Shown piece after piece: positions 50,355-61,335 of a DNA stretch of 64,000 bases. The notes under the pieces were generated by a model. That model was not told the origin of the DNA and did not search any database. It saw nothing but the letters and a program-made list of their open reading frames with translations. The position numbers were made by a program, and so were the translations under genes. Location of the stretch: positions 1,182,781 through 1,246,780 of the forward strand of contig CAWDVR010000002.1 in the NCBI GenBank assembly GCA_963805975.1. The letters run 5' to 3'. This DNA is from an uncultured Acidobacteriota bacterium (GTDB lineage: Bacteria > Acidobacteriota > Thermoanaerobaculia > Multivoradales > SZUA-115). Numbering within the stretch: the stretch's first letter is position 1; the number at the start of each line of letters is the position of its first letter.

Positions 50355-51874
50355 ATGAGCGGCTCTGCCACGTTCCGAGGCCTCCTCTCCACAGCGCTCC
50401 TGGCTGCGGCCCTCCTGCCGGCTTCCTGCTCGCCCTGGGAGAAGGCGGCGCCTCCCGCCGCCTCGGAGCCGAGCCGGTTGGCGGAGGTGGCGCCTCTCCC
50501 CGCCGACACGCCGCTCGACCCTTTCTTCGAGGAGCTCTCGAAGCGCACCTTCGCCTTCTTCTGGGAGCGCACCAACCCGCAGAACGGCCTGGTGCCGGAC
50601 CGCTGGCCCACGCCCTCGTTCTCCTCGATCGCGGCGGTGGGCTTCGGGCTCACCGCCTATCCCATCGGCATCGAGCGCGGCTACGTGACGCGCGAGGAGG
50701 CGCGGGCGCGGGTGCTCACCACGCTGCGCTTCTTCGCCGCGGCGCCGGCCGGGCCGGAGGCACGGGGCAGGACCGGCTACAAGGGTTTCTTCTACCACTT
50801 CCTCGACATGGAGACCGGCGCGCGCTTCGAGACGGTCGAGCTGTCGACCATCGACACCTCGCTCCTCCTCGCCGGCGCGCTCTTCTGCCAGAGCTACTTC
50901 GACCGCGACCACCCGGAGGAGCGCGAGATCCGCGAGCTCGCCGAGAAGCTCTACACCGCGGCCGAGTGGGACGCGTTCCAGGTGAGAAAGCCCCTGATCT
51001 CCATGGGCTGGACGCCCGAGAACGGGTATCACGGCTACGACTGGACGGGCTACAACGAGGCGATGATCGTCTACCTGCTCGCCCTGGGCTCGCCCACCCA
51101 CCCGGTCGAGCCCGCGGCCTGGGACGCCTGGACCGCGACCTACGCTCGCACCTGGGCCGATTTCCAGGGCTACGAGTACCTGGCCTTCGCGCCGCTCTTC
51201 GGCCACCAGTACTCGCACGCCTGGATCGACTTTCGCGACCTCCAGGACGCCTACATGCGGGGCAAGGGCCTCGACTACTTCGAGAATTCGCGGCGCGCCA
51301 CCTACGCGCACCGGGCCTATGCCATCTCCAACCCGATGCGCTGGAAAGGGTACGGCGAGAACATCTGGGGCCTGACCGCCTGCGACGGGCCGCTCGACAC
51401 CACGCTTCGGTACGAGGGGAAGGGGCGGCGCTTCTTCACCTACGCGGCGCGTGGCGCCTCGCACAACGACACCCGCGACGACGGCACGCTGGCGCCCACG
51501 GCAGCCGTCTCGTCGATCCCCTTCGCGCCGGAGATCGTGATCCCGGCGGCGCTCGAGATGCACCGCCGTTACGGCGAGCACGTCTTCGGCACCTACGGCT
51601 TTCTCGACTCGTTCAACCCCAGCTTCGACTTCGAGGTGCCGGTGCAGCACGGCCGCTTGATCCCCGGCTTCGGCTGGGTGAACGGCGACTACCTGGGGAT
51701 CGACCAGGGGCCGATCGTCGCTCATGCTCGAGAACTACCGCAGCGGCCTGGTGTGGGAGACGATGAAGAAGAACCCACACATCCGCCGCGGCCTCGAGCG
51801 CGCGGGCTTCACCGGCGGCTGGCTCGACGACGCCGAAGCCGCCGAGCGCATCGACGGCGCCCGTTCGCCGCTAG
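50355..51874 (+). CDS. GH144-like endo-beta-1,2-glucanase ('glucoamylase family') lipoprotein; frameshift near 51720, end approximate
   Basis: GLVPDRWPTPSFSSIAAVGFGL, GFFYHFLD, ELSTIDT, GYNEAM, PLFGHQYSH, WGLTACDGP, YLGIDQGP, LENYRSGLVW. Confidence 0.82.
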
Positions 51875-53157
51875 CTGCTCCTCGCTGGCTGTCGACGGCT
51901 GCTCGCCAGCGCGCCGGCTGCGGCGCGCAGGTCGACCGAGCGCTCGAGCTCTGGGCCATGGGCCGCGAGGGCGAGGTGGTGCCGCAGCTCATCCCGGAGT
52001 TCGAGGCCGCCAACCCGGGCGTCCGCGTCAAGGTGCAGCAGCTTCCGTGGACGGCGGCGCACGAGAAGCTGCTGACCGCCTTCGCCGGCGACGCCACCCC
52101 CGATCTCTGCGCCTTGGGCAACACCTGGGTGCCGGAGTTCGTGGCCCTGGGCGCGCTCGAGGACTTGGCTTCGCGCATCGCCGCCTCGGCGGTGGTCGCT
52201 CCCGCGGACTACTTCTCCGGCGCCTGGGAGACCAACGCCTTCCCGGCCGGCCACTTCGGCGTGCCCTGGTACGTGGACACGCGGCTCCTCTTCTATCGCC
52301 GCGATCTCCTCGCCAGGGCCGGCTTCCCCGAGCCGCCCGAAACCTGGGCCGAATGGCGGCGCGCGCTCGCCGCCATCAAGGAGATGGTGGGGCCGGGCCA
52401 GTACTCGATTCTCCTGCCCTTGAACGAGTTCGAGCCGCTGCTGGTACTGGCCCTCCAGCAGCCGACGCCGCTGCTGCGCGACGGCGGCCGCTACGGCAAC
52501 TTCGAGAGCGCGGACTTCCTCGCGCGCTTTCGGCTTCTACGTCGAGATGTTCCAGCGCGGCTGGGCGCCGAGGGCCACCAACACCGAGATCTCGAACGTG
52601 TGGCAGGAGTTCGGGCGCGGCTTCTTCACCTTCTACATCACCGGCCCGTGGAACATCGGCGAGTTCAAGCGCCGCCTGCCGGCCGAGCTCCAGGGCTCGT
52701 GGATGACGGCGCCCATGCCCGGGCCCGAGCGGACCGGGCTCCTCGATCGCCGGCGGCACCAGCCTGGTGCTCTTCCGCCGCTCCCGGCACAAGGCACGCC
52801 GCCTGGAAGCTGATCGAGTACCTGTCGCGCCCGGAGAGCCAGGTCCGCTTCCACGCCCTGACCGGCAACCTGCCGCCGCGCCGCACGGCCTGGGAGGACC
52901 CCGCTGCTCAGCGGACGACGTCTACGCGCAGGCCTTCCGCGAGCAGCTCGAGCGCGTGGCGCCGACGCCGAAAGGTGCCCGAGTGGGAGCGCATCGCGCA
53001 GCAGATGCGGCTGGTGTCCGAGGCGGCGGTCGAGGGCAAGATGACGGTCGCCGAGGCGGCGCGCGCCCTCGACCGCGACGTGGACCGCATGCTCGAGAAG
53101 CGCCGCTGGCTTCTCGCGCGCGGCGCCGCGCTGGGCGGCAGCGAGGAGGCGCCGTGA
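51850..53157 (+). CDS. Sugar ABC transporter substrate-binding protein (frameshifted; start approximate)
   Basis: WAMGREGE, QQLPWTAAHEKLLTA, PWYVDTRLLFYR, ITGPWNIGEF, PEWERIA. Confidence 0.85.
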   Translation: MDGARSPLAAPRWLSTAARQRAGCGAQVDRALELWAMGREGEVVPQLIPEFEAANPGVRVKVQQLPWTAAHEKLLTAFAGDATPDLCALGNTWVPEFVALGALEDLASRIAASAVVAPADYFSGAWETNAFPAGHFGVPWYVDTRLLFYRRDLLARAGFPEPPETWAEWRRALAAIKEMVGPGQYSILLPLNEFEPLLVLALQQPTPLLRDGGRYGNFESADFLARFRLLRRDVPARLGAEGHQHRDLERVAGVRARLLHLLHHRPVEHRRVQAPPAGRAPGLVDDGAHARARADRAPRSPAAPAWCSSAAPGTRHAAWKLIEYLSRPESQVRFHALTGNLPPRRTAWEDPAAQRTTSTRRPSASSSSAWRRRRKVPEWERIAQQMRLVSEAAVEGKMTVAEAARALDRDVDRMLEKRRWLLARGAALGGSEEAP

Positions 53158-54043
53158 GGTCCTCCGCGGGCAGCGCCGCCGCCTATCTCTTCCTGGCGCC
53201 GGCGGCGATCGTCATCGGCCTCTTCTTCCTGCTGCCGGTGGCGGCTGCCTTCGCCATCAGCCTCACCGACTTCGACCTCTACGCCCTGGCCGACCTGAAG
53301 AACCTGCGCTTCGTCGGGCTCGCACAACTACGCGCGCGCTCCTCGAGACGCCGCTGTTCTGGAAGGCGCTCGGCAACACGCTCTACTTCGTGGCGGTCGG
53401 CGGGCCGCTGTCGATCGCGGCCTCGCTCGGCGCCGCGCTCCTGCTGAGCTCGCAGCTCGCGCGCTTCAAGCCGCTCTTCCGCACCGCGCTCTTCGCGCCG
53501 GTGGTGACCACGCTGGTGGCCGTGGCCGTGATCTGGCGCTACCTCTACCACGCCAGCTACGGCTTTCTGAACTACGGCCTGGGCCTGGTCGGCATCGAGC
53601 CGATCGACTGGCTCGGCGACCCGCGCTGGGCGATGCCGGCCATCATCTGTTCGCGGTGTGGAAGAACTTCGGCTACAACATGGTGATCTTCATCGCCGGC
53701 CTGCAGACCATCCCCGAGGAGCTCTACGAGGCGGCGCGCATCGACGGCGCCGGACCGTGGGCAGCAGTTCCGGCACGTGACGCTGCCGATGCTCGGCCCC
53801 ACCTTCCTGCTGGTCTCGCATCCTCACCATGACGGGCTACTTCCAGCTCTTCGCCGAGCCCTACGTGATGACCGCAGGGCGGGCCGCTGCAGAGCACGGT
53901 CAGCGTGCTCTACCTGATGTACGAGGAAGGCTTCAAGTGGTGGAACCTGGGCTCGGCCTCGGCGGTCGCGTTCCTGCTCTTCCTGCTGATCTTCGCCGTC
54001 ACGCTCGCTCCAGGTGCGGCTGGCCCGGAAGGCGGAGGCGTGA
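53154..54043 (+). CDS. Sugar ABC transporter permease (frameshifted)
   Basis: [50 protein letters not shown]. Confidence 0.85.
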
Positions 54044-54871
54044 GCCGGCGCGGGCAGGCCGTGGCGGTGAACGCCGGGCTGGTGGTGGTGGCGGCGCTGA
54101 CCCTCTTCCCGCTCGCCTGGATGCTCTCCGTGTCCTTCATGGCGACCGGGGAGGCGAGCAACTTCCCGCCGCCGCTCCTGCCGGACGGCCCCGAGCCTCG
54201 GCCAGCTACCGCGAGCTCTTCGCGCACGCCGGGCATGGCGCGCTACTTCGCTCAACAGCGTGCTGGTCGTCGTCGGCGGTGACGCTGATCTCGCTGCTCG
54301 TTCAACACCATGGCGGCTACGCCTTCGCCAAGCTGCGCTTTCGCCGGGCGCGACACGCTCTTCAAGCTGCTCCTGGGCGCGCTGGTGATCCCGGCGCAGG
54401 TGGCGATGCTGCCGCTCTTCCTGCTGCTCAAGCGATGGGCCTGGTCAACACCTACGGCGGGGTGATCGTGCCGGCGATGGCGAGCATCTTCGGCATCTTC
54501 CTGGTGCGGCAGTACGCGCTCTCGATCCCGGACGAGCTGCTGGAGGCGGCGCGCATCGACGGCGCCGCGCGAGTGCGCGGATCTTCTTCTCGATCGTGCT
54601 GCCGCTGCTGACGGCCGATCCTGGTGACGCTCGCGGTCTTCACCTTCCTCGGCGCCTGGAACGACTTCATGTGGCCGCTGATCGTGCTCACCGACCTCGA
54701 CCTGCGACACGCTGCCGGTGGCGCTCGCCGGCGCTGTCGCGCGAGCACGTGCAGGACAGCGAGCTGATGATGGCCGGCGCGGTGGTGACGGTGCTGCCGA
54801 TGCTGGTGCTCTTCCTGGCGCTCCAGCGGTACTACATCGAGGGGATCATGGTGGGGAGTGTGAAGGGATGA
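54040..54871 (+). CDS. Sugar ABC transporter permease (frameshifted)
   Basis: [41 protein letters not shown]. Confidence 0.85.
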
Positions 54872-57800
54872 GGGCTTTTCTCGCAGTCCTCCTCGTTGCC
54901 TGCGCAAGCCCGCTCGCCGCGCAGCCTTCCCGCGTGCTCGACGACTTCGAGGCCCTCGCCGGCTGGCGGGCGCTGCCGGCCGAGGGCGTCGAGATGGAGA
55001 TCAGCCAGGGAAACGGGCGTCAAGGCCAGGGGCTGCGCATCGATTTCGACTTCGCGCGCGGCGCGGGCTATGCCATCGCGAGGAAGGCCTTCGACCTCGA
55101 CTTCCCGGAGGACTACGAGCTCAGCTTCTGGCTCCGGGCCGAAGCACCGGCCAACAACCTCGAGGTGAAGCTGGTGGACGCCTCGGGCGACAACGTGTGG
55201 TGGGTGAACCGCCGCGGCTACGAGTTCCCGCGCGAGTGGCGGAAGATCCGCATCAAGAAGCGACACCTGGAGTTCGCCTGGGGGCCGACACAGGACCGCG
55301 TGCTCCGGCACGCGGCGGCGCTCGAGATCGTGGTCACGGCGGGCACCGGCGGCAAGGGCACGGTGTGGGTGGACGATCTGACCTTCACGCCGCTCGCGGC
55401 CGAGGCCGCGCCGCTCGCGCGGGCCGCGGCCAGCGCCTCGTCCTCGGCTCCAGGCCACGGGCCGGAGCTCGCCACCGACGGCGACCCGTCCACCGCATGG
55501 AGAGTGGCGCCCGGTCCGGCCGACGGCAGGGCGTGGCTCACGCTCGACCTCCTCGCGCGGCGCGAGCTGGGCGGGCTCGTCATCGACTGGCTGGACGACG
55601 CGCCCTGGCGCTTCGAGGTCGAGCTCTCCGAGGACGGCACGGCCTGGCAGAGGGCCTACTCGACGCTCGCCGGCGGCGGCCCACGGAGCTTCCTCTACCT
55701 GCCCGAGGCCGAGGCGCGGTTGGTTCGCATCGTGGTCCCCGGCGAGGCGGCTCCACAGCACGGCCTTCGCGAGGTCAGCCTGTATCCGCCCACTTTCGGC
55801 AGCTCGCCCTCGGCGTTCTTCGAGGCCGTGGCCCGCCAGTCGCCGCGCGGCAGCTACCCGCGCTCGCTCGCGGGCGAGCAAGTCTACTGGACGGTGGTGG
55901 GGGTCGACGGCGACGCGCACGAGGGACTCCTCTCCGAGGACGGGATGCTCGAGACCGACAAGGCGAGCTTCTCGATCGAGCCCTTCGTGTGGATCGGCGG
56001 GCAGGAGGACGGCAGGCTGGTGGGCTGGGGTGACGTCGAGAGCACGCCGTCGCTCGCCGAAGGCTATTTGCCGATCCCGACCGTCACCTGGAAGCACCCG
56101 CAAGTCTCGCTCGCGGTGATCGCCTTCGGTGCCGGCGAGCCGGGCCGCTCGCGGCTCTACGCGCGCTACCGCGTGGGCAACCCCGGCGCGCAGCCGCTCA
56201 CCGCCACGCTCTTCCTCGCTCTCCGGCCCTTCCAGGTGAACCCGCCGGCCCAGTTCCTGAACACGCCGGGCGGCTTCGCGCCGATCGAGCACCTGACCTT
56301 CGACGGCCGCACGGTCACCGTCAACCGCGGGCCGCGGGTGGTGCCGCTCACCCGGCCGAGCGCCTTCGGCGCGGTGCCCTTCGACTCCGAGCCGCTCGCC
56401 TCCTGGCTGGCGCGCGGCACGGTGCCACCAGTGCGCGCGGTGGAGGACCGCCTGCGCTTCGCCTCCGGCGCGCTCTCCTACCGGCTGACGCTCCGGCCCG
56501 GCGAAGCGCGGGACGTGGATCTCGCCATCCCCTTCGGCTCGGCACCAGTGCCGGAGACGAGCTTCGACGACCAGCTCGCGGCCACGGCCGCGGCGTGGCG
56601 GGCGAAGCTCGGCCGCGTGACGGTCACAGTGCCGAAGGCGGCCCAGGCGCTTCCCGACACGCTCCGCACCGCGCTCGCCCACATGCTCGTCAACCGCGAC
56701 GGGCCGGCGATCCAGCCCGGCTCGCGCTCCTACGAGCGCTCGTGGATCCGCGACGGCGCCCTCACCTCGTCGGCGCTGCTCCGGCTGGGGCACGAGCGCG
56801 AGGTCGCGGAGTTCCTCGCCTGGTACGCGCCCTACCAGTACGAGAGCGGCAAGGTGCCGTGCTGCGTGGACGCGCGCGGCGCGGACCCGGTGCCCGAGAA
56901 CGACAGCCACGGCGAGCTGATCTACCTCGCCGCCGAGCACTTCCGCTTCACCAGCGACCGCGAGCTGGCGACGCGGCTCTGGCCGCACGTGGCAGCCGCG
57001 GTGAGGTACATGGACGAGCTCCGCGGGCAGCGCCGTACGGAAGCGTTCCGCCAGGGCGACCAACGCCTCTTCTTCGGCCTGCTCCCCGAGTCGATCAGCC
57101 ACGAGGGCTACTCGGCCAAGCCCATGCACTCCTACTGGGACGACTTCTGGGCGCTGCAGGGCTACGAGGACGCCGTGTTCCTGGCCAGGGCGCTGGGCCA
57201 GGAGGCGGAGGCGGCGGCGCTTCGCAGCGAGCGCGCGAGGAGTTTCGCAGCGACCTCTACGCTTCGCTCGCCGCGGCCATGGCGCACCACGGCATCGACT
57301 ACCTGCCGGGCTCGGCCGAGCTGGGGGACTTCGACGCCACCTCGACCACCATCGCCCTCGACCCGGCGGGCGAGCTGGCGAGGCTTCCGCGGGCGGCGGT
57401 CGAGGCCACCTTCGAGCGCTACTGGCGGGAGTTCGTCGGCACGCCGCGACGGCGCGCGGGCCTGGGACGGCTACACGCCCTACGAGCTGCGCAACGTGGG
57501 CGCCTTCGTGCGCCTGGGCTGGCGCGAGCGCGCGCGGGAGCTGCTCGAGTTCTTCTTCGCAACGCGCCGTCCCGACGGGCTGGAACCAGTGGCCCGAGGT
57601 GGTGTACCGCGAGCTCGCGCAAGCCCGGTTTTTTCGGCGACCTGCCGCACACCTGGGTGGGCTCGGACTTCATCCGCGCGGCCCTCGACCTCTTCGCCTA
57701 CGAGCGTGAGAGCGACCGCTCGCTGGTGCTCGCCGCCGGCATCCCCCCGCCGTGGCTCGAGGAAGAGAACGGCGTGGGGATCACCGGCCTGCGCACGCCG

Positions 57801-58028
57801 CACGGCCTGCTGAGCTACTCGCTGCGGCGGGCGGGCGGGAAAGTGGTGCTCGCGATCGCAGGCGGCGTGACACCGCCGCCGGGCGGGCTGGTGCTCCCGT
57901 GGCCGTACGGGGGCGAGAAGCCCGGCCGGGCGACCGTCAACGGTGAGCCCGTCGAGTGGCGGGACCGCGAGCTGGTGATCTCGAAAACTCCGGCGGAGGT
58001 GGTGATTGAGCTGGGACCCTCACCCTAG
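54868..58028 (+). CDS. Secreted carbohydrate-binding/F5-8 type C (discoidin) + six-hairpin glycosidase-like protein (frameshifted near 57230-57600)
   Basis: Signal peptide; LDDFE..W CBM-like start; ATDGDPSTAW discoidin motif; PGSRSYERSWIRDG, ENDSHGE, SHEGYSAKPMHSYWDDFW, GDLPHTWVGSD. Confidence 0.8.
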
Positions 58029-58041
58029 CCCTCTCCCGGCC

Positions 58042-59401
58042 TCAACCCAGGGCTGCGCCGCGCGTGCGGATCACTTCCGAGTACAGCCGTGCGCTCGCCT
58101 TGGGCGTGCGCTTCTGGGTCTCGAAGTCCACGTGCACGATGCCGAAGCGCTTCGAGTAGCCGAGGCTCCACTCGAAGTTGTCGAGCAGCGACCAGACGAA
58201 GTAACCACGCAGGTCCACCCCCTGCTCGATCGCCGCGTGCGCGGCGGCGAGGTGGCGTTTGAGGTAGTCCACCCGCAGCGGGTCCTCGAGCAGCTCGCCC
58301 TCGACCGCCGGCGGGTCGAAGAAGGCGGCGCCGTTCTCGGTGACGTAGAGCGGCAGGGAGCCGTAGCGCTCCTTCACCCAGACCAGCGTGTCGGTGAGGC
58401 CCTGCGGATAGACCTCCCAGCCGGTCTCGGTGTAGGTGTGCCGCTTCTGGCGCACGGCGGCGGCGCGCACCGGCCAGGCGGTCGGCTCGTCGCGGGAGAC
58501 GTTCCGGGTGTAGTAGTTGACGCCCAGAAAGTCGATCGGCTGCTTGAGCTGCTCGAGCTCGGCCTCGGGGAAGTCCGGCCAGGCCTCGCCGAAGATCTCG
58601 CGCATCTCCTCCGGGTAGCGGCCGAAGAACACCGGGTCGAGGTACTGGCGGTTCATGTAGGCCTCGGCGCGCCGGGTGGCGGCCAGGTCCTCCGGCCGGT
58701 CGGAGGCCGCGTACTTGGGCTCGAGGTTCACCACCAGGCCGATCTGTGCCGCGCCCCACGGCGCGGTAGGCCTCGACCGCCGCGGCGTGCGAGCGCATCA
58801 GGTTGTGGCTGGCGATCGGCGCCTCGAAGAGGTTCTCGTGGCCGGGGGCGAGCGCACCGTGGAGATAGCCGCCGTCGGTCACCACCCAGGGCTCGTTCAG
58901 CGTCACCCACATCTTCACGCGGTCGTCGAGGGCGTTGAACATCACGCCCGCGTACTCGGCGAACCAGCCGGCGACGTCCGGGTTGAGCCAGCCGCCGCGG
59001 TCGTCGAGCGCCGCCGGCAGGTCCCAGTGATAGAGGGTGACGAGCGGCTGGATGTCGTGCGCCAGCAGGGCGTCCACCAGGCGCTCGTAGAAGTCGAGCC
59101 CCGCCGGGTTGACCGCGCCCCGGCCCTGCGGCAGCACGCGGCTCCAGGAGACGAGAAGCGGTAGGCCTGGAGGCCCAGCGACTCTCATCAGCCGCACGTC
59201 CTGCTCGAAGCGGCGGTAGTGGTCGCAGGCCACGTCGCCGGTGTCGCCGTCGAGCACCAGGCCGGGAGTGCGGACGAAGCGCTGCCAGATGCTCGGGCCC
59301 GCGCCGTCGGCCAGCGGCGAGCCCTCGATCTGGTAGGCCGAGGTGGCCGCGCCCCAGAGGAAGTCCGGTGGAAATTGCAGCGGCTTGGCGCTCGTCGACA
59401 T
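58042..59401 (-). CDS. GH1 beta-glucosidase (frameshifted near 59150-59180 and 58750)
   Basis: FLWGAATSAYQIEG, TLYHWDLP, TLNEP, VTENG, WSLLDNFEW. Confidence 0.93.
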
Positions 59402-59426
59402 GGTCCGATCCGAGGTGCGAGGATGA

Positions 59427-59440
59427 TGAAAACGTTTACA
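59427..59440. promoter_or_regulatory. Second LacI operator between divergent GH1 and ABC ATPase genes
   Basis: TGAAAACGTTTACA, identical to 46245-46258. Confidence 0.88.
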
Positions 59441-59481
59441 GGCCGAGTATCGGGCGCAGTCTACACGATGGGGCGCGGCTG

Positions 59482-60576
59482 ATGGCGAACGTCAGCCTGG
59501 AGGCCGTGCGCAAGGTGTACGAGAACGGCCACGTGGCCGTGGCGGGCGCCACCTTCGAGGTGGCGGACGGCGAGCTGCTGGTGCTGGTAGGGCCCTCCGG
59601 CTGCGGCAAGTCCACCCTGCTGCGGCTGGTGGCGGGCCTCGAGACCGCGACTTCCGGCACGGTGGCGATCGGCGGCCGGGTGGTCAACGACGTGCCGCCC
59701 AAGGACCGCGACATCGCCATGGTCTTCCAGAGCTACGCCCTCTACCCGCACATGACGGTGGCCGAGAACCTGGGCTTCGGGTTGAAGCTCCGCAAGCAGC
59801 CGCCGGCGGAGATCGAGCGCCGGGTGCGCGAGGCAGCGGAGCTGCTGGAGCTGTCCTCGGTGCTCGGGAGGAAGCCCCGCCAGCTCTCCGGCGGGCAGCG
59901 CCAGCGGGTCGCGCTCGGCCGCGCCATCGTCCGCCAGCCCAAGGTATTCCTCCTGGACGAGCCGCTCTCGAACCTGGACGCCAAGCTCCGCCTCTCGATG
60001 CGCACCGAGATCGCCAAGCTTCACCGCGCCCTGCGGGCGACGATGATCTACGTCACCCACGACCAGATCGAGGCCATGACGCTCGGCGACCGCATCGTGG
60101 TGATGAAGGGCGGCCTAGTGCAGCAGATCGACGCCCCCATGGCCCTCTACCGCGAGCCCGCCAACCTCTTCGTGGCCGGCTTCCTCGGCAGCCCGGCGAT
60201 GAACTTCCTGCCCGGGCGCCTGGTGCGGAACGGCGGGCTGCGCTTCGAGATGGAAGGTGCCTCGCTGGTGCTCGCAGAGCCCGGCCAGGGAGCGGCCCAG
60301 CTCCTCGACCGGGACCTGATCCTCGGCATCCGGCCCGAGGACCTCCACCTCGTGGACGAAGCGCCCGCGAGCGGCCCCACCGTCCGCGCGCAGCTCGAGG
60401 TCGTCGAGCCGGTAGGCAACGAGATCTTCCTCATCACCCGCCTCGCGGGCCGCGAGGTCGTGGCGCGCCTGCCGCCGCGCCCGCTGCCGGAGCCGGGGAG
60501 CGAGGTGGAGCTGGCGCTGGACCTGGGAAAGGCGCACTGGTTCGATGCAGGGACAGAGGAGCGGATCGAGAGGTAA
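59482..60576 (+). CDS. Sugar ABC transporter ATP-binding protein (MalK/UgpC family)
   Basis: GPSGCGKST, FQSYALYPHM, LSGGQRQR, DEPLSNLDAKLR; TOBE-like C-terminus. Confidence 0.96.
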   Translation: MANVSLEAVRKVYENGHVAVAGATFEVADGELLVLVGPSGCGKSTLLRLVAGLETATSGTVAIGGRVVNDVPPKDRDIAMVFQSYALYPHMTVAENLGFGLKLRKQPPAEIERRVREAAELLELSSVLGRKPRQLSGGQRQRVALGRAIVRQPKVFLLDEPLSNLDAKLRLSMRTEIAKLHRALRATMIYVTHDQIEAMTLGDRIVVMKGGLVQQIDAPMALYREPANLFVAGFLGSPAMNFLPGRLVRNGGLRFEMEGASLVLAEPGQGAAQLLDRDLILGIRPEDLHLVDEAPASGPTVRAQLEVVEPVGNEIFLITRLAGREVVARLPPRPLPEPGSEVELALDLGKAHWFDAGTEERIER

Positions 60577-60630
60577 GAGACTGTTGCGACGCTATAGTAC
60601 GCGGGAGCTGAGTTCAGTAGGGGACTTGCC

Positions 60631-60891
60631 ATGAAAACCGTCGAAGTAGCGGAGCTCAAGGAAGATCTGGACCATTACCTGGACCGGGCTCACGACGGCG
60701 AGCACGTGCTGATCACAGCGGAAGGGCGCCAGATCGCCCAGCTCTTGCCCGCCTCGACAGCAGAGCGAGTGATCCGTTCCCTCGAGCAAGATCACAAGGC
60801 CGCTTGGACGGGTGGCAAGCCAGCCGGTATTCGTGGCGTGCGCGCAGTAGGCAAGTCTGTTTCCTCCGCGGTCCTTGAAGGCCGTCGGTGA
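60631..60891 (+). CDS. Phd/YefM antitoxin
   Basis: MKTVEVAELKEDLDHYLDRAHDGEHVLIT. Confidence 0.88.
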   Translation: MKTVEVAELKEDLDHYLDRAHDGEHVLITAEGRQIAQLLPASTAERVIRSLEQDHKAAWTGGKPAGIRGVRAVGKSVSSAVLEGRR

Positions 60892-61334
60892 TCCTGTATC
60901 TCGACACCAGCAGCCTGGTGAAGCTCTTTGTCGAGGAGCCTGGTACGGACGAGGTCCGCTCCTGGGCCGACCAAGCGGAGATCCTCGCCACCTCCCGGGT
61001 CGCCTATGCCGAGGCCATGGCTGCTTTCGCCAGGCGCCATCGAGATGGGTCTCTCGACGACGAGGCCCTGGCAACCGCTCGCGCAGCGCTCGAGGACCAG
61101 TGGCATCTCCTGGCACGCCTGGAGATCGATGAGCTGGAAGCTGGCGAGCTGGCCCTGCAATACGCCCTGCGCGGCTTTGATGCGATCCACTTGGCTGCCG
61201 CCCTCACATTGCTGCGTTCCGGTGGAGGGACCCGCATTGCATTCTCTTCCTTCGATCATCAGCTCAACCGCGCCGCGGCGGCTAAGGGTCTCGAAATTCT
61301 GACGATTCAGGCCCGCGTCGAGGATCCGCCGTGA
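60888..61334 (+). CDS. vapC: VapC PIN toxin
   Basis: ILYLDTSSLVKLFVEEPGT, LRGFDAIHLAAA, FSSFDHQL; GTGA overlap. Confidence 0.92.
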   Translation: MILYLDTSSLVKLFVEEPGTDEVRSWADQAEILATSRVAYAEAMAAFARRHRDGSLDDEALATARAALEDQWHLLARLEIDELEAGELALQYALRGFDAIHLAAALTLLRSGGGTRIAFSSFDHQLNRAAAAKGLEILTIQARVEDPP

Positions 61335-61335
61335 C

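Noticed and set aside
50355-53157. Apparent GH144-SBP fusion (ORFs 50355-52706 and 51724-53157)
   Set aside because: Explained by indels near the gene junction in an error-rich stretch; cannot be supported without reads.
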